This document shows positions 20,801 through 28,569 of a stretch of DNA of 64,000 bases, piece by piece (positions within the stretch are counted from its first letter, which is position 1; each line of letters starts with the position of its first letter). Position numbers and translations under genes: made by a program. This DNA is from a bacterium (lineage in GTDB: Bacteria > Electryoneota > JAOADG01). The stretch spans positions 1,824,001 through 1,888,000 of the forward strand of contig OY820579.1 of the NCBI GenBank assembly GCA_963681965.1, written 5' to 3'. The notes beneath the pieces are model-generated. The model was given only the letters and a program-made list of their open reading frames with translations, was not told where the DNA came from and ran no database searches.

Positions 20801-21443
20801 CGGTTGGGCGTACGACATCGGGTACGGCGGATTGGATCACGTACTCGCCAGCGATCGCAACATCAATGTCCTGGTACTCGATACCGAAGTTTATTCCAAT
20901 ACCGGTGGTCAGTGCTCGAAAGCTACGCCATACGGCGCAGTTGCGAAATTCGCGGCTGGTGGCAAGCCGATCGGTAAGAAGGATCTCGGACTGATTTCTA
21001 TGGCGTACGGTCATATCTACGTTGCGCAAGTTGCGATGGGTGCCAACGACTTACAATCGATTCGTGCCTTTATTGAAGCCGATGCATACGATGGTCCGTC
21101 GATCATCATAGCTTACTCGCATTGTATCGCGCACGGTATCGATATGGCAAAGGGAATGGAACATCAGGATAAAGCCGTCAATTCCGGCAGCTTCCCGATC
21201 TACCGTTACAACCCGATGCTGGCGATGGAAGGCAAGAATCCACTCAAGCTCGATTATAAGCAACCGAAGATTAAATCGGTCGACTACATGTACGGTCAGA
21301 CCCGGTTCAATATGCTTACAAAGAGCCACCCGGAAGAAGCCAAACGTCTGTTGAAACTGGCACAGGAACATGCCGATGCCAAGTGGCATTATCTTGAGCA
21401 GATGGCAAATCTTGATTATTCAATAACGCCGGAATCGAACTAA
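17871..21443 (+). CDS. nifJ: Pyruvate:ferredoxin/flavodoxin oxidoreductase (single-chain)
   Basis: YPITPSS, MQSEGGA, GLGADGTV, two ferredoxin CxxCxxCxxxCP motifs, GACGGCGE, GGDGWAYDIG, YSNTGGQ. Confidence 0.98.
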   Translation: MAKKFTTIDGNEAAAYVAFRTNEICSIYPITPSSNMGEWADQWAAYGKKNIWGTVPTVAEMQSEGGASGAIHGALQTGALATTFTASQGLLLMIPNMFKIAGELTSTVFHVSARAVATQALSIFGDHSDINACRTTGWGMLASASVQEVMDFALISQVATLKARIPFIHFFDGFRTSHEVNKIEVIPDEVMLSMMDPELIRAHRNRALSPDRPVLRGSAQNPDVYFQGRETVNPFYTACPGIVQEVMDDFAKKTGRQYKLYEYVGDPEAETVIILMASGCETAHETVDYLTKKGEKVGVLKVRLYRPFSMKDFITALPKTVKTIGVLDRTKEPGNAGEPLYQDSITAVFENAHNGWQHFSAMPRVIGGRYGLASKEFTPAMIKAVFDNLKLPNPKNSFTVGIVDDVTHTSLDYDPEFSTEGEKVIRGVFFGLGADGTVSANKNSIKIIGEETDNSAQGYFVYDSKKSGSITTSHLRFGPDKIRSTYLISKADFVGCHQTVFLETYDIMKVCKPGAVFLLNTQVSKEEVWDSLPRAVQEGMIKAQVKFYVIDAYKVAREAGLGGRINTIMQTCFFAISGILPREEAIQRIKDMIKKTWAARGDKIVQMNFTAVDKTLENLFAVELPKTVTSKIAQRPAIAPGAPKYVEEVTSLMVLNRGDEVTVGQMPVDGTFMTATAQWEKRNIALEVPVWDAEICIQCGKCVLVCPHATIRQKVFDPALLKNAPETFKAVDFKGAEYKGMKYSLQVAVEDCTGCELCVSYCPVKSKSNASLKAINMAPQLPLREPERANWNFFLTIPEADRRTAKIDSIKGSQFLRPLFEFSGACGGCGETPYYKLLTQLFGDRAVIANATGCSSIYGGNLPTTPFAVDENGRGPAWSNSLFEDNAEFGFGFRLTFDKLRDIAMESLPKFAPQLGDDFVNALLNADQKTETGIYDQRARVAELKKKLATISGNDALNLATIADNLVKRSVWIVGGDGWAYDIGYGGLDHVLASDRNINVLVLDTEVYSNTGGQCSKATPYGAVAKFAAGGKPIGKKDLGLISMAYGHIYVAQVAMGANDLQSIRAFIEADAYDGPSIIIAYSHCIAHGIDMAKGMEHQDKAVNSGSFPIYRYNPMLAMEGKNPLKLDYKQPKIKSVDYMYGQTRFNMLTKSHPEEAKRLLKLAQEHADAKWHYLEQMANLDYSITPESN

Positions 21444-21470
21444 CACCGGGACTAATACGAGGAATATCCG

Positions 21471-22466
21471 ATGAATCTCAGAACGACTTATCTTGGATTG
21501 AAGCTCGATCACCCGTTGATTGTCGGGGCTTGTCCGCTTACATCAAATGTCGACGATATTCGTCGACTCGAAGAAAACGGCGCTGCGGCAGTTGTATTGC
21601 CCAGCATCTTTGAAGAACAATTAACTCAGGAAGCCGAAAGTCTGCAATTCCATACCAGTGCAGTGTCGGAATCGTCGGCGGAAGCAATGAGTTATTTTCC
21701 CGAACCCGAAAACTATATTGTCGGACCGGATGAATACCTCAAGTTAATTCGCGCTGCAAAGGCTGCTGTGAAGATTCCCGTCATCGCTTCACTGAATGGT
21801 TACACTGAATCGGGTTGGGTTTCTTATGCCAAGCAGATTGAAGAAGCCGGTGCCGATGCGATTGAGTTGAATATTTACTACTTGGAGACCGATCCCAACG
21901 TCACTGGCGCCGAGATCGAGAAGCACTATATCGATGTGCTCAAGGCAGTCAAGAAAGCAACTAAATTGCCGATCGCAGTCAAGTTAATGCCATTCTTCAG
22001 CAGTCCGGCAGGCATTGCAAAAGCAATGGCTATGGCGGGAGCGGATGGATTGGTGTTGTTCAATCGGTTTTACCAGCCGGATTTCGATCTCGATAAACTG
22101 GAAGTCTTTCCACATCTTCAACTCTCGTCGAGTTCGGAGATTCGACTGGCGCTTCGCTGGATCGCAATTCTGTATGGCAAAATTGGTGCTAATTTGGCTG
22201 CTACCGGTGGCTGCCATACCGCGGTCGATGCAGTAAAGTTGATGATGGCAGGCGCCGATGTGGTACAGATCTCAAGTGCGTTGTTACTGCACGGTCCAAA
22301 ACACATCAAGGCATTGTTGGAAGATATCGAGCAGTGGATGGTAGCCCATGAGTATGATTCGCTAGTTCAAATGAAAGGATCGATGAGCCTGAAGAATGTC
22401 GCCGATCCCTCCGCATTCGAACGTGCGAATTATATGAAGACGCTGCAATCGTATAGCAAGCACTAA
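21471..22466 (+). CDS. Dihydroorotate dehydrogenase-like FMN protein (PFOR-associated)
   Basis: TTYLGLKL, PSIFEEQ, IASLNG, ELNIYY, LFNRFYQPD, FERANYMK. Confidence 0.9.
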   Translation: MNLRTTYLGLKLDHPLIVGACPLTSNVDDIRRLEENGAAAVVLPSIFEEQLTQEAESLQFHTSAVSESSAEAMSYFPEPENYIVGPDEYLKLIRAAKAAVKIPVIASLNGYTESGWVSYAKQIEEAGADAIELNIYYLETDPNVTGAEIEKHYIDVLKAVKKATKLPIAVKLMPFFSSPAGIAKAMAMAGADGLVLFNRFYQPDFDLDKLEVFPHLQLSSSSEIRLALRWIAILYGKIGANLAATGGCHTAVDAVKLMMAGADVVQISSALLLHGPKHIKALLEDIEQWMVAHEYDSLVQMKGSMSLKNVADPSAFERANYMKTLQSYSKH

Positions 22467-22491
22467 TCGCAGTTTACTTCGATTGAAACTC

Positions 22492-22530
22492 ACAGGCGGA
22501 TGCATAAGCGTCCGCCTGTTTATTTTATTT
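22492..22530 (+). terminator. Rho-independent terminator after the PFOR operon
   Basis: ACAGGCGGA-loop-TCCGCCTGT followed by TTATTTTATTT. Confidence 0.85.
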
Positions 22531-22605
22531 GAATGTTGATAACATAAATTAAGAATCGCGAGCAATAGGTTTGTTCACTTACAGACGGAGCTGTATCTTT
22601 TCTCC

Positions 22606-23793
22606 ATGAAAACGGAAATCGTCGTTGTCGGTGCCGGTCCTGCCGGAAGCATTTGTGCAGGTATTCTGAGCCAACTCGGTCACGAGGTGATCCTGCTTGA
22701 TCGCGCAGAATTTCCCCGCGACAAAGGGTGTGGCGACGGTGTCAGTCCGATGGGCATCCAAATTATCGACGAACTTGGTTTGCTTCCCGAATTTGAGCAG
22801 TTGCAATTCACCCCGATCGGGTCTTGCCGACTGACTTACGATTTTTCCTTCTCGGTAGATTTCCGCGGTAAATTCAATTATCTCGGATATATTGCGCCAC
22901 GAAAACAATTTGATGAATTCCTCTTCAATTACGCCATTCGTTCCGGTGCGCGATATATCTGCGCCGACGTGAACAATCTAATTAAAACAGATGACCGTAT
23001 TCACGGCGTGGAAATATATCACAATCAACAAGCGGAGACGATCGAAGCAAAATTTGTTGTGATCGCAAATGGCAGTAACTCGACACTTGCACGCAGCTTG
23101 AATGAAAAACGCCCGCTTCCGATTGCGTATGCGCTGCGCGCTTATATTGAGAACTTGACTACCGATCCCCACTGCGTCGAGATGTTTTACGACAAGCGAA
23201 TTCCCCGGGGGTATGCATGGTTATTTCCAGTGAATGATCATATCGCGAATATCGGAATAGGCGCTTTGATCGAGCACAATCGCTCCACTTCGATTAACGT
23301 GAAAGCGATCTTCAACGATTTTGTGAAACTGTGTATCGCACGATCCCCGATACCGGAGGCAGTTACTGTCGGACCGGTGAAAGGGGGAATGCTCAATCTC
23401 GGTTTTCAGAAAGATTATAAACGCGTGTTTGATGGTGCATTGATCGCAGGCGATGCCGGAAGACTGGTCAGTCCGCTGTTCGGATCCGGAATAACTAGCG
23501 CGATGCTCTCGGGTCGCTATGCTGCCGAGACAATCCATGATGTCGTAAATCGGAGCGCCACTTCTTTCGACGACCTCTTTCAATACGAAGTTCGACTTCG
23601 GAAAGCACTCCAACGCGAACATCGCTTTGCCAAGATCATACGGGATATTCTCCTGTTCCGTCCGACACAGAAAATTATCTTTAAATCGACATATCTTGCC
23701 AAATTCAGTATCGAATTGGCGAAACGGATTCATCCCGATATCGTCGATATTGAGATCGATCCGGTGAAACTACATGTATCTCCAAAATCATGA
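22606..23793 (+). CDS. Geranylgeranyl reductase family FAD oxidoreductase
   Basis: VVGAGPAG, FPRDKGCGDG, GYAWLFP, ANIGIG, GDAGRLVSPLFGSGI. Confidence 0.88.
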   Translation: MKTEIVVVGAGPAGSICAGILSQLGHEVILLDRAEFPRDKGCGDGVSPMGIQIIDELGLLPEFEQLQFTPIGSCRLTYDFSFSVDFRGKFNYLGYIAPRKQFDEFLFNYAIRSGARYICADVNNLIKTDDRIHGVEIYHNQQAETIEAKFVVIANGSNSTLARSLNEKRPLPIAYALRAYIENLTTDPHCVEMFYDKRIPRGYAWLFPVNDHIANIGIGALIEHNRSTSINVKAIFNDFVKLCIARSPIPEAVTVGPVKGGMLNLGFQKDYKRVFDGALIAGDAGRLVSPLFGSGITSAMLSGRYAAETIHDVVNRSATSFDDLFQYEVRLRKALQREHRFAKIIRDILLFRPTQKIIFKSTYLAKFSIELAKRIHPDIVDIEIDPVKLHVSPKS

Positions 23794-23794
23794 G

Positions 23795-23823
23795 TTGATT
23801 TGTTTCGACGATATTGCTACACT
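23795..23823 (+). promoter_or_regulatory. Putative sigma70 promoter with extended -10
   Basis: TTGATT-17 nt-TACACT with TG at the extended -10 position. Confidence 0.5.
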
Positions 23824-23866
23824 TCAAATTCAGATATTGCTTTCAATCTAACTTAGGTGAATTGAT

Positions 23867-24610
23867 ATGACGGAACCGCTCGTTTATTCTCGTTACCGTA
23901 ATCAGCTTGAGAATCTGCTCGCGGCTGACTATCGATTTCGTTCCTTTCCCGATTTTCTTGCAAATGGCGAGCAATCGCAGCCGACAATATTGTTGCGTCA
24001 CGACATCGATTTTGACATCGCTAAGGTTCGAAATCTAGCGGACATTGAAAGTGAAATGGGAATCGCATCGACTTTTTTCTTCATGATCCGAACACTGCAT
24101 TATAATGTTTTCTCACCCGAGGGATCACACGATATCGAGCACATATTATCGCAAGGTCACAACCTCGCACTCCATTTTGATTGTGCGGCATATTCCGCCG
24201 AATTCGCTGCCAATGAGATTGGCAAAGCCGTCAACAATGAAGCAGATTTGCTCGCAAATTGGTTCGGCAAACCGGTCGATATCGTCAGTTATCATCGACC
24301 GAGTCCGATTGTGATGACTGGCGATCCACAACTGTCTACACCACGACCGCATACTTACCAGAAAGTATTTACCGACTCAATCGTCTACCTGTCCGATTCG
24401 CGTGGACAATGGCGACACGGTTTTCCCGATACCACCGAATGGTTTACCGCTCGCAAATCGATGCAACTTCTGATGCATCCAATTTGGTGGAGCGACGAAC
24501 CAACATCTCCACAACAGTCTTTGGAGAAGTATCTCATGCAGACTTCAGAAATTTTGAGTGAATCGACTGCTCGCAATTGTACGATCTTCCAACAAAATCG
24601 CAGGGAATAA
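23867..24610 (+). CDS. Polysaccharide deacetylase-like protein
   Basis: ILLRHDID, STFF, GHNLALH, SYHRP, YLSDSRG, QLLMHPIWW. Confidence 0.75.
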   Translation: MTEPLVYSRYRNQLENLLAADYRFRSFPDFLANGEQSQPTILLRHDIDFDIAKVRNLADIESEMGIASTFFFMIRTLHYNVFSPEGSHDIEHILSQGHNLALHFDCAAYSAEFAANEIGKAVNNEADLLANWFGKPVDIVSYHRPSPIVMTGDPQLSTPRPHTYQKVFTDSIVYLSDSRGQWRHGFPDTTEWFTARKSMQLLMHPIWWSDEPTSPQQSLEKYLMQTSEILSESTARNCTIFQQNRRE

Positions 24611-24623
24611 GTCCCGTCAGTGA

Positions 24624-24741
24624 TATAGTATCTCTTGAAAATAAGTTGTTAACGGTAGTAGGGGCGGACCCCCGCGTCCGCCCGCAGGTCAGGCGTAGCC
24701 TGACACCGAATCATAACAACTTATTTTCAAAAACCACTATA
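24624..24741. mobile_element. 118-bp MITE-like element containing REP-like hairpins
   Basis: Imperfect ~28-bp terminal inverted repeats TATAGT-N5-TTGAAAATAAGTTGTTA / TAACAACTTATTTTCAA-N5-ACTATA; internal GTAG-GGGCGGAC..GTCCGCCC and GTCAGGC..GCCTGAC hairpins. Confidence 0.75.
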
Positions 24742-24752
24742 TTTCTAAAATA

Positions 24753-24783
24753 ATAAATGGCAGGTTGACAACCTGCCATTTAT
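24753..24783. terminator. Bidirectional terminator between convergent genes
   Basis: ATAAATGGCAGGTT-GAC-AACCTGCCATTTAT perfect 14-bp stem. Confidence 0.8.
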
Positions 24784-24801
24784 CGTTCAATTATATCACT
24801 G

Positions 24802-26646
24802 CTAAGCTGCTTGAGCAGCACCTGGCGTCGTTTGTGGTGTGCCCCGTTTGAAAAATGTCTTCACTACCAGAATTACCACGCCGATAGAGAGCAAAAGCAT
24901 CGTAAGATCGGCAACGATTAACGCGTAATTTGCCTTCGCTAGATATTTCTGCAAGAGGATAATAAGCGATCCGAAGGTAGTTGCCAGCATGAATAGTGCT
25001 GGAATTAGTGTGAAGAAGAACTTCTTGCCGCGGGTTTTGAGCCAAGCTGAAACAGTTAACAACACTAGCGCTGCCAGCAATTGATTGGCGGTACCGAAAA
25101 TCGGCCAAAGAGTACTGAATGCATTGGAATAAGCAAAGATCCACATCAGGATGACCGATAATCCCGAATTAAACCAATAGTGCTTTAATAAATTTGGAAC
25201 TTTGGTAAACACGATGCTCCACAATTCTTCGAAGAGATACCGGTTTAACCGAACTGCTGCGTCTAATGTCGTGATCACGAAACCTTCGACCAATAAAATG
25301 CCGAATACTGTTCCCAATGCAATTGGAATCCCAAGCGCCTTATTGAACAGAGTACCTGCCGCTAATGAGAAACCCAGAATGGGATTCGATTTTACTGCTG
25401 GATCGGTCGGCCACACAATCGATTTATAATCGTTGAAGTTGATTGCCGATGCAACAGCGATCAACACGCAGATTGCCAACATCGACTCGAGAAGCATTGC
25501 ATTAAAACCAACTTTTCGCGCATCGCATTCGTTGGAAAGTTGCTTACCGGTTGTTCCCCCTGCAATCATCGAGTGAAATCCCGAGATCGCGCCGCAAGCA
25601 ATCGTGATAAACATCATCGGCCAAAGGTACCCTAAGTTTTTGGTTCCTTCCGCTAAATTTAACGATGGTGCTTGCACCTCCAGACCGCCGATACCAGAGA
25701 CAATGACTGAGACCGCCATCAATAAAATACCACCATACAGAATCTGGACATTGATGAAGTCGCGCGGTTGTAGTACCAGCCAGACTGGAATTCCAGCAGC
25801 AATCAATACATAGATAGACATGATAATCATCCACACTTCAGGAGTGAGGACAACCGGATAAGCAATTCCAATCAATACCGAGAGGATGCAAATCACCGAT
25901 GCTAGCAGATATGCGGGTAGTTGCTTCATCCCGCGTCGGAAGATCAGCCAACCGAGCAGAGGGGCAGTAAGCGTTATGATAATTACTGACGTCGATGCAA
26001 TACCACCAATACGTCCGCGAACCTCTTCTTTTTCGATGAACGCACCTTCCGTCTTACCAACTTCGTGCCCTTCGACAACGGTTCCTTCTGTCTGATTGAC
26101 GGGAATTTTAACTTTCACTGTTTCAGTGTGAAGAATTTTTGTCGCTTCGATACCGCCTAGTTTGTCAATCGGCCATTTCGACGTTAATGAGATCGCAGTT
26201 GCCGAGAGAAACGCCGAAGTAACGAGGACGATCATCACGATTGTCAGTGAAATGAACAACGTAAAACTGGTTTTCCCGAGAGATCGTCGAGCTACTTCCG
26301 CCATCGATTTTCCACCCTCGCGAATCGAAATAAAAAGCGAAGTGAAATCGTGTACGGCTCCAATCAAAACGCCACCAACGATAATCCACAACCATGCAGG
26401 AATGAAACCGTATAGCAACGCCATGGTTGGTCCCAATATTGGACCTGCACCGGCAATTGCCGAAAAGTGATGTGCAAATACGACGAATCGTTTGGTCGGG
26501 ACGTAATCGCGTCCATCGTTAAATTCTACCGCTGGAGTTTTTCGGGTGGGATCTTCTCCCAAGGCTTTGGCGATATACCTCGCATAGAAGCGGATTGCTA
26601 GAGCAAAGATTATGACTGCAATTGTAAGGAAAATTAAAATGTTCAT
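24802..26646 (-). CDS. cstA: Carbon starvation protein A family transporter
   Basis: DGRDYVPT, HHFSAIAGAGPILGP, GAVHDF, WLVLQPRDF, IACGAISGFHS, TTLDAAVR, WPIFGTANQLLA. Confidence 0.96.
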   Translation of the reverse strand: MNILIFLTIAVIIFALAIRFYARYIAKALGEDPTRKTPAVEFNDGRDYVPTKRFVVFAHHFSAIAGAGPILGPTMALLYGFIPAWLWIIVGGVLIGAVHDFTSLFISIREGGKSMAEVARRSLGKTSFTLFISLTIVMIVLVTSAFLSATAISLTSKWPIDKLGGIEATKILHTETVKVKIPVNQTEGTVVEGHEVGKTEGAFIEKEEVRGRIGGIASTSVIIITLTAPLLGWLIFRRGMKQLPAYLLASVICILSVLIGIAYPVVLTPEVWMIIMSIYVLIAAGIPVWLVLQPRDFINVQILYGGILLMAVSVIVSGIGGLEVQAPSLNLAEGTKNLGYLWPMMFITIACGAISGFHSMIAGGTTGKQLSNECDARKVGFNAMLLESMLAICVLIAVASAINFNDYKSIVWPTDPAVKSNPILGFSLAAGTLFNKALGIPIALGTVFGILLVEGFVITTLDAAVRLNRYLFEELWSIVFTKVPNLLKHYWFNSGLSVILMWIFAYSNAFSTLWPIFGTANQLLAALVLLTVSAWLKTRGKKFFFTLIPALFMLATTFGSLIILLQKYLAKANYALIVADLTMLLLSIGVVILVVKTFFKRGTPQTTPGAAQAA

Positions 26647-26883
26647 CGATCACCTATCATCGGTTAACGAATAGACTAATTGTTGTAAACAAAATCGTCC
26701 TCAGTATAATGTGGAGCGAGAGAAGCCGTATACAATGTGGTTACTGGGAACCTGTGCTGTCAAGGATTTATCAAAAATTCTCTATTATTTAGTGGATTGT
26801 ATAATTTGATCAAACCGGATTTTCGAGTTGATCTCTCATAAAAACACTCAAAATCACCGAAGAAGAAAAGCGGCTATTCAGAA

Positions 26884-27783
26884 TCACTTGACATAGTGCA
26901 ACTCGTCAACATGTTGTATCCACACCGGCACTCGACTTTTATGTAACAGCCGCTCGGTAGTAGATCCAAGAATCCATAATTCAAGTTTTTTATGTCGATG
27001 AGGACCAACTACTACCAAATCGATGTTAAATTCGTCGACCACTTCTAAAATTTGATGAGTTGGTTCACCCTCTGTAACAATAATCTCAAACGGCAATGAT
27101 TTCGGGATATACTGATCTGCCATATCGCTGATTTTGCTCTTCGCTTGTTCCATCGATTCCGATTCTACCGCCATAATCGGATCGGTATTCAATGGAGTGA
27201 ATGGCACTAGTAGTGACATTTCCACTGAATGGAGCAAAAATAGTTTTGAGTGCCACATCTCTGCCAATTCAACTGCTTGTTGCAAACCTGCCAGCGAGGT
27301 TTCAGTGAAATCCAGAGCAACCAGGATATTTTGCGGTACTCGAGCCTCCGCCAATAAGGGATCGTTCCCCCGTCCAACTGCCAATAACGGTTTTCGAAGT
27401 TCATGAATCATCGATTCAGTTACCGAACCCAGTAGAAAAGCCGAGATCCCACTCCGCCCGTGAGTTCCCATAATGATTAGATCGACGTCTTCTTCCGCTG
27501 CCGATTCCAAGATTGCATGGCTGATACTATCATCAGTGATAGAGAAACACTCACAGAGGATTTCGCGAGTAGGAGTTCGATTTAGCACATTGCTGACAAT
27601 ATTGATTGCTTCTTGAACAAATTCGTTCAATAATTGATTGCGATTGGATTGATTCGAACCAGTTTGTACGATCGTGATGGCGCGAATAAGCGAATTCGTG
27701 TGATAGGCGATTGCAGCCGCGTAACGAGCAGCACGTGCCGAAGGTTCGGAAAAATCGATCGGAAGCAATATTGTTCGCAACAT
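26884..27783 (-). CDS. Tandem-domain universal stress protein
   Basis: ILLPIDFS...DLIIMGTHG...LLGSVTE; second domain ILVALDFT...ILGSTTERLL. Confidence 0.92.
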   Translation of the reverse strand: MLRTILLPIDFSEPSARAARYAAAIAYHTNSLIRAITIVQTGSNQSNRNQLLNEFVQEAINIVSNVLNRTPTREILCECFSITDDSISHAILESAAEEDVDLIIMGTHGRSGISAFLLGSVTESMIHELRKPLLAVGRGNDPLLAEARVPQNILVALDFTETSLAGLQQAVELAEMWHSKLFLLHSVEMSLLVPFTPLNTDPIMAVESESMEQAKSKISDMADQYIPKSLPFEIIVTEGEPTHQILEVVDEFNIDLVVVGPHRHKKLELWILGSTTERLLHKSRVPVWIQHVDELHYVK

Positions 27784-27843
27784 TTGTCCCCCAGAATGCT
27801 AACTAAACGTATTTGAGATTGACCGTTGGAACTTGAGGTAAGG

Positions 27844-28563
27844 ATGAATCGTAAAAAATCAGTTGATCTTAAATTGAAATCACATAGTGACAGTTGTAAA
27901 TCGAGTAATACATCACTGAATATAAATTCAGATTTGGAGAGAACGGAGCGGATTCTGTCTCTTCTCGTAAGTCATTATCAAACAACAGAATGCGCTTTAG
28001 TTTTCGATACTCCGTATCAACTGCTTGTCGCGACGATCTTATCGGCGCAGTGTACCGATATCATGGTCAATAAAACAACCCCGGCACTGTTTACAATCGC
28101 ACCGACTCCCGGTAAAATGGTGAAATTGTCGCAATCGAAACTTGAAACAATTATTCACGCCACAGGATTTTACTCAAATAAAGCCCGAAATATCCTGGCA
28201 ATGTCGCGATTACTGCTTGACCAGTTCAATGGTGAAATTCCTCGCTCGATGGCAGAACTAATTCAATTACCCGGTGTCGGTAGAAAAACGGCATCCGTTG
28301 TTTTAGGTGTCGCATTCGGAATCAGCGAAGGTATTGTAGTTGACACGCATGTTGGTCGAATCTCCCGGAGATTAGGATGGACACATTGGGATGATGCAAC
28401 TAAGATCGAGCAGGATTTAATGAAAATCATCCCGCAGGATCAGTGGATCGATTTCTCACACCGGATTATTCACCATGGTCGAACGCTATGTAACGCTCGA
28501 AAGCCGGATTGTGCCAATTGCTTTCTTGTTGAATTGTGTCCTTATCCTAGTTCAATTCAGTGA
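27844..28563 (+). CDS. nth: Endonuclease III
   Basis: LLVATILSAQCTD, LPGVGRKTA (HhH), VDTHV, C-x6-C-x2-C-x5-C cluster; start uncertain. Confidence 0.95.
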   Translation: MNRKKSVDLKLKSHSDSCKSSNTSLNINSDLERTERILSLLVSHYQTTECALVFDTPYQLLVATILSAQCTDIMVNKTTPALFTIAPTPGKMVKLSQSKLETIIHATGFYSNKARNILAMSRLLLDQFNGEIPRSMAELIQLPGVGRKTASVVLGVAFGISEGIVVDTHVGRISRRLGWTHWDDATKIEQDLMKIIPQDQWIDFSHRIIHHGRTLCNARKPDCANCFLVELCPYPSSIQ

Positions 28564-28569
28564 TTCAAT

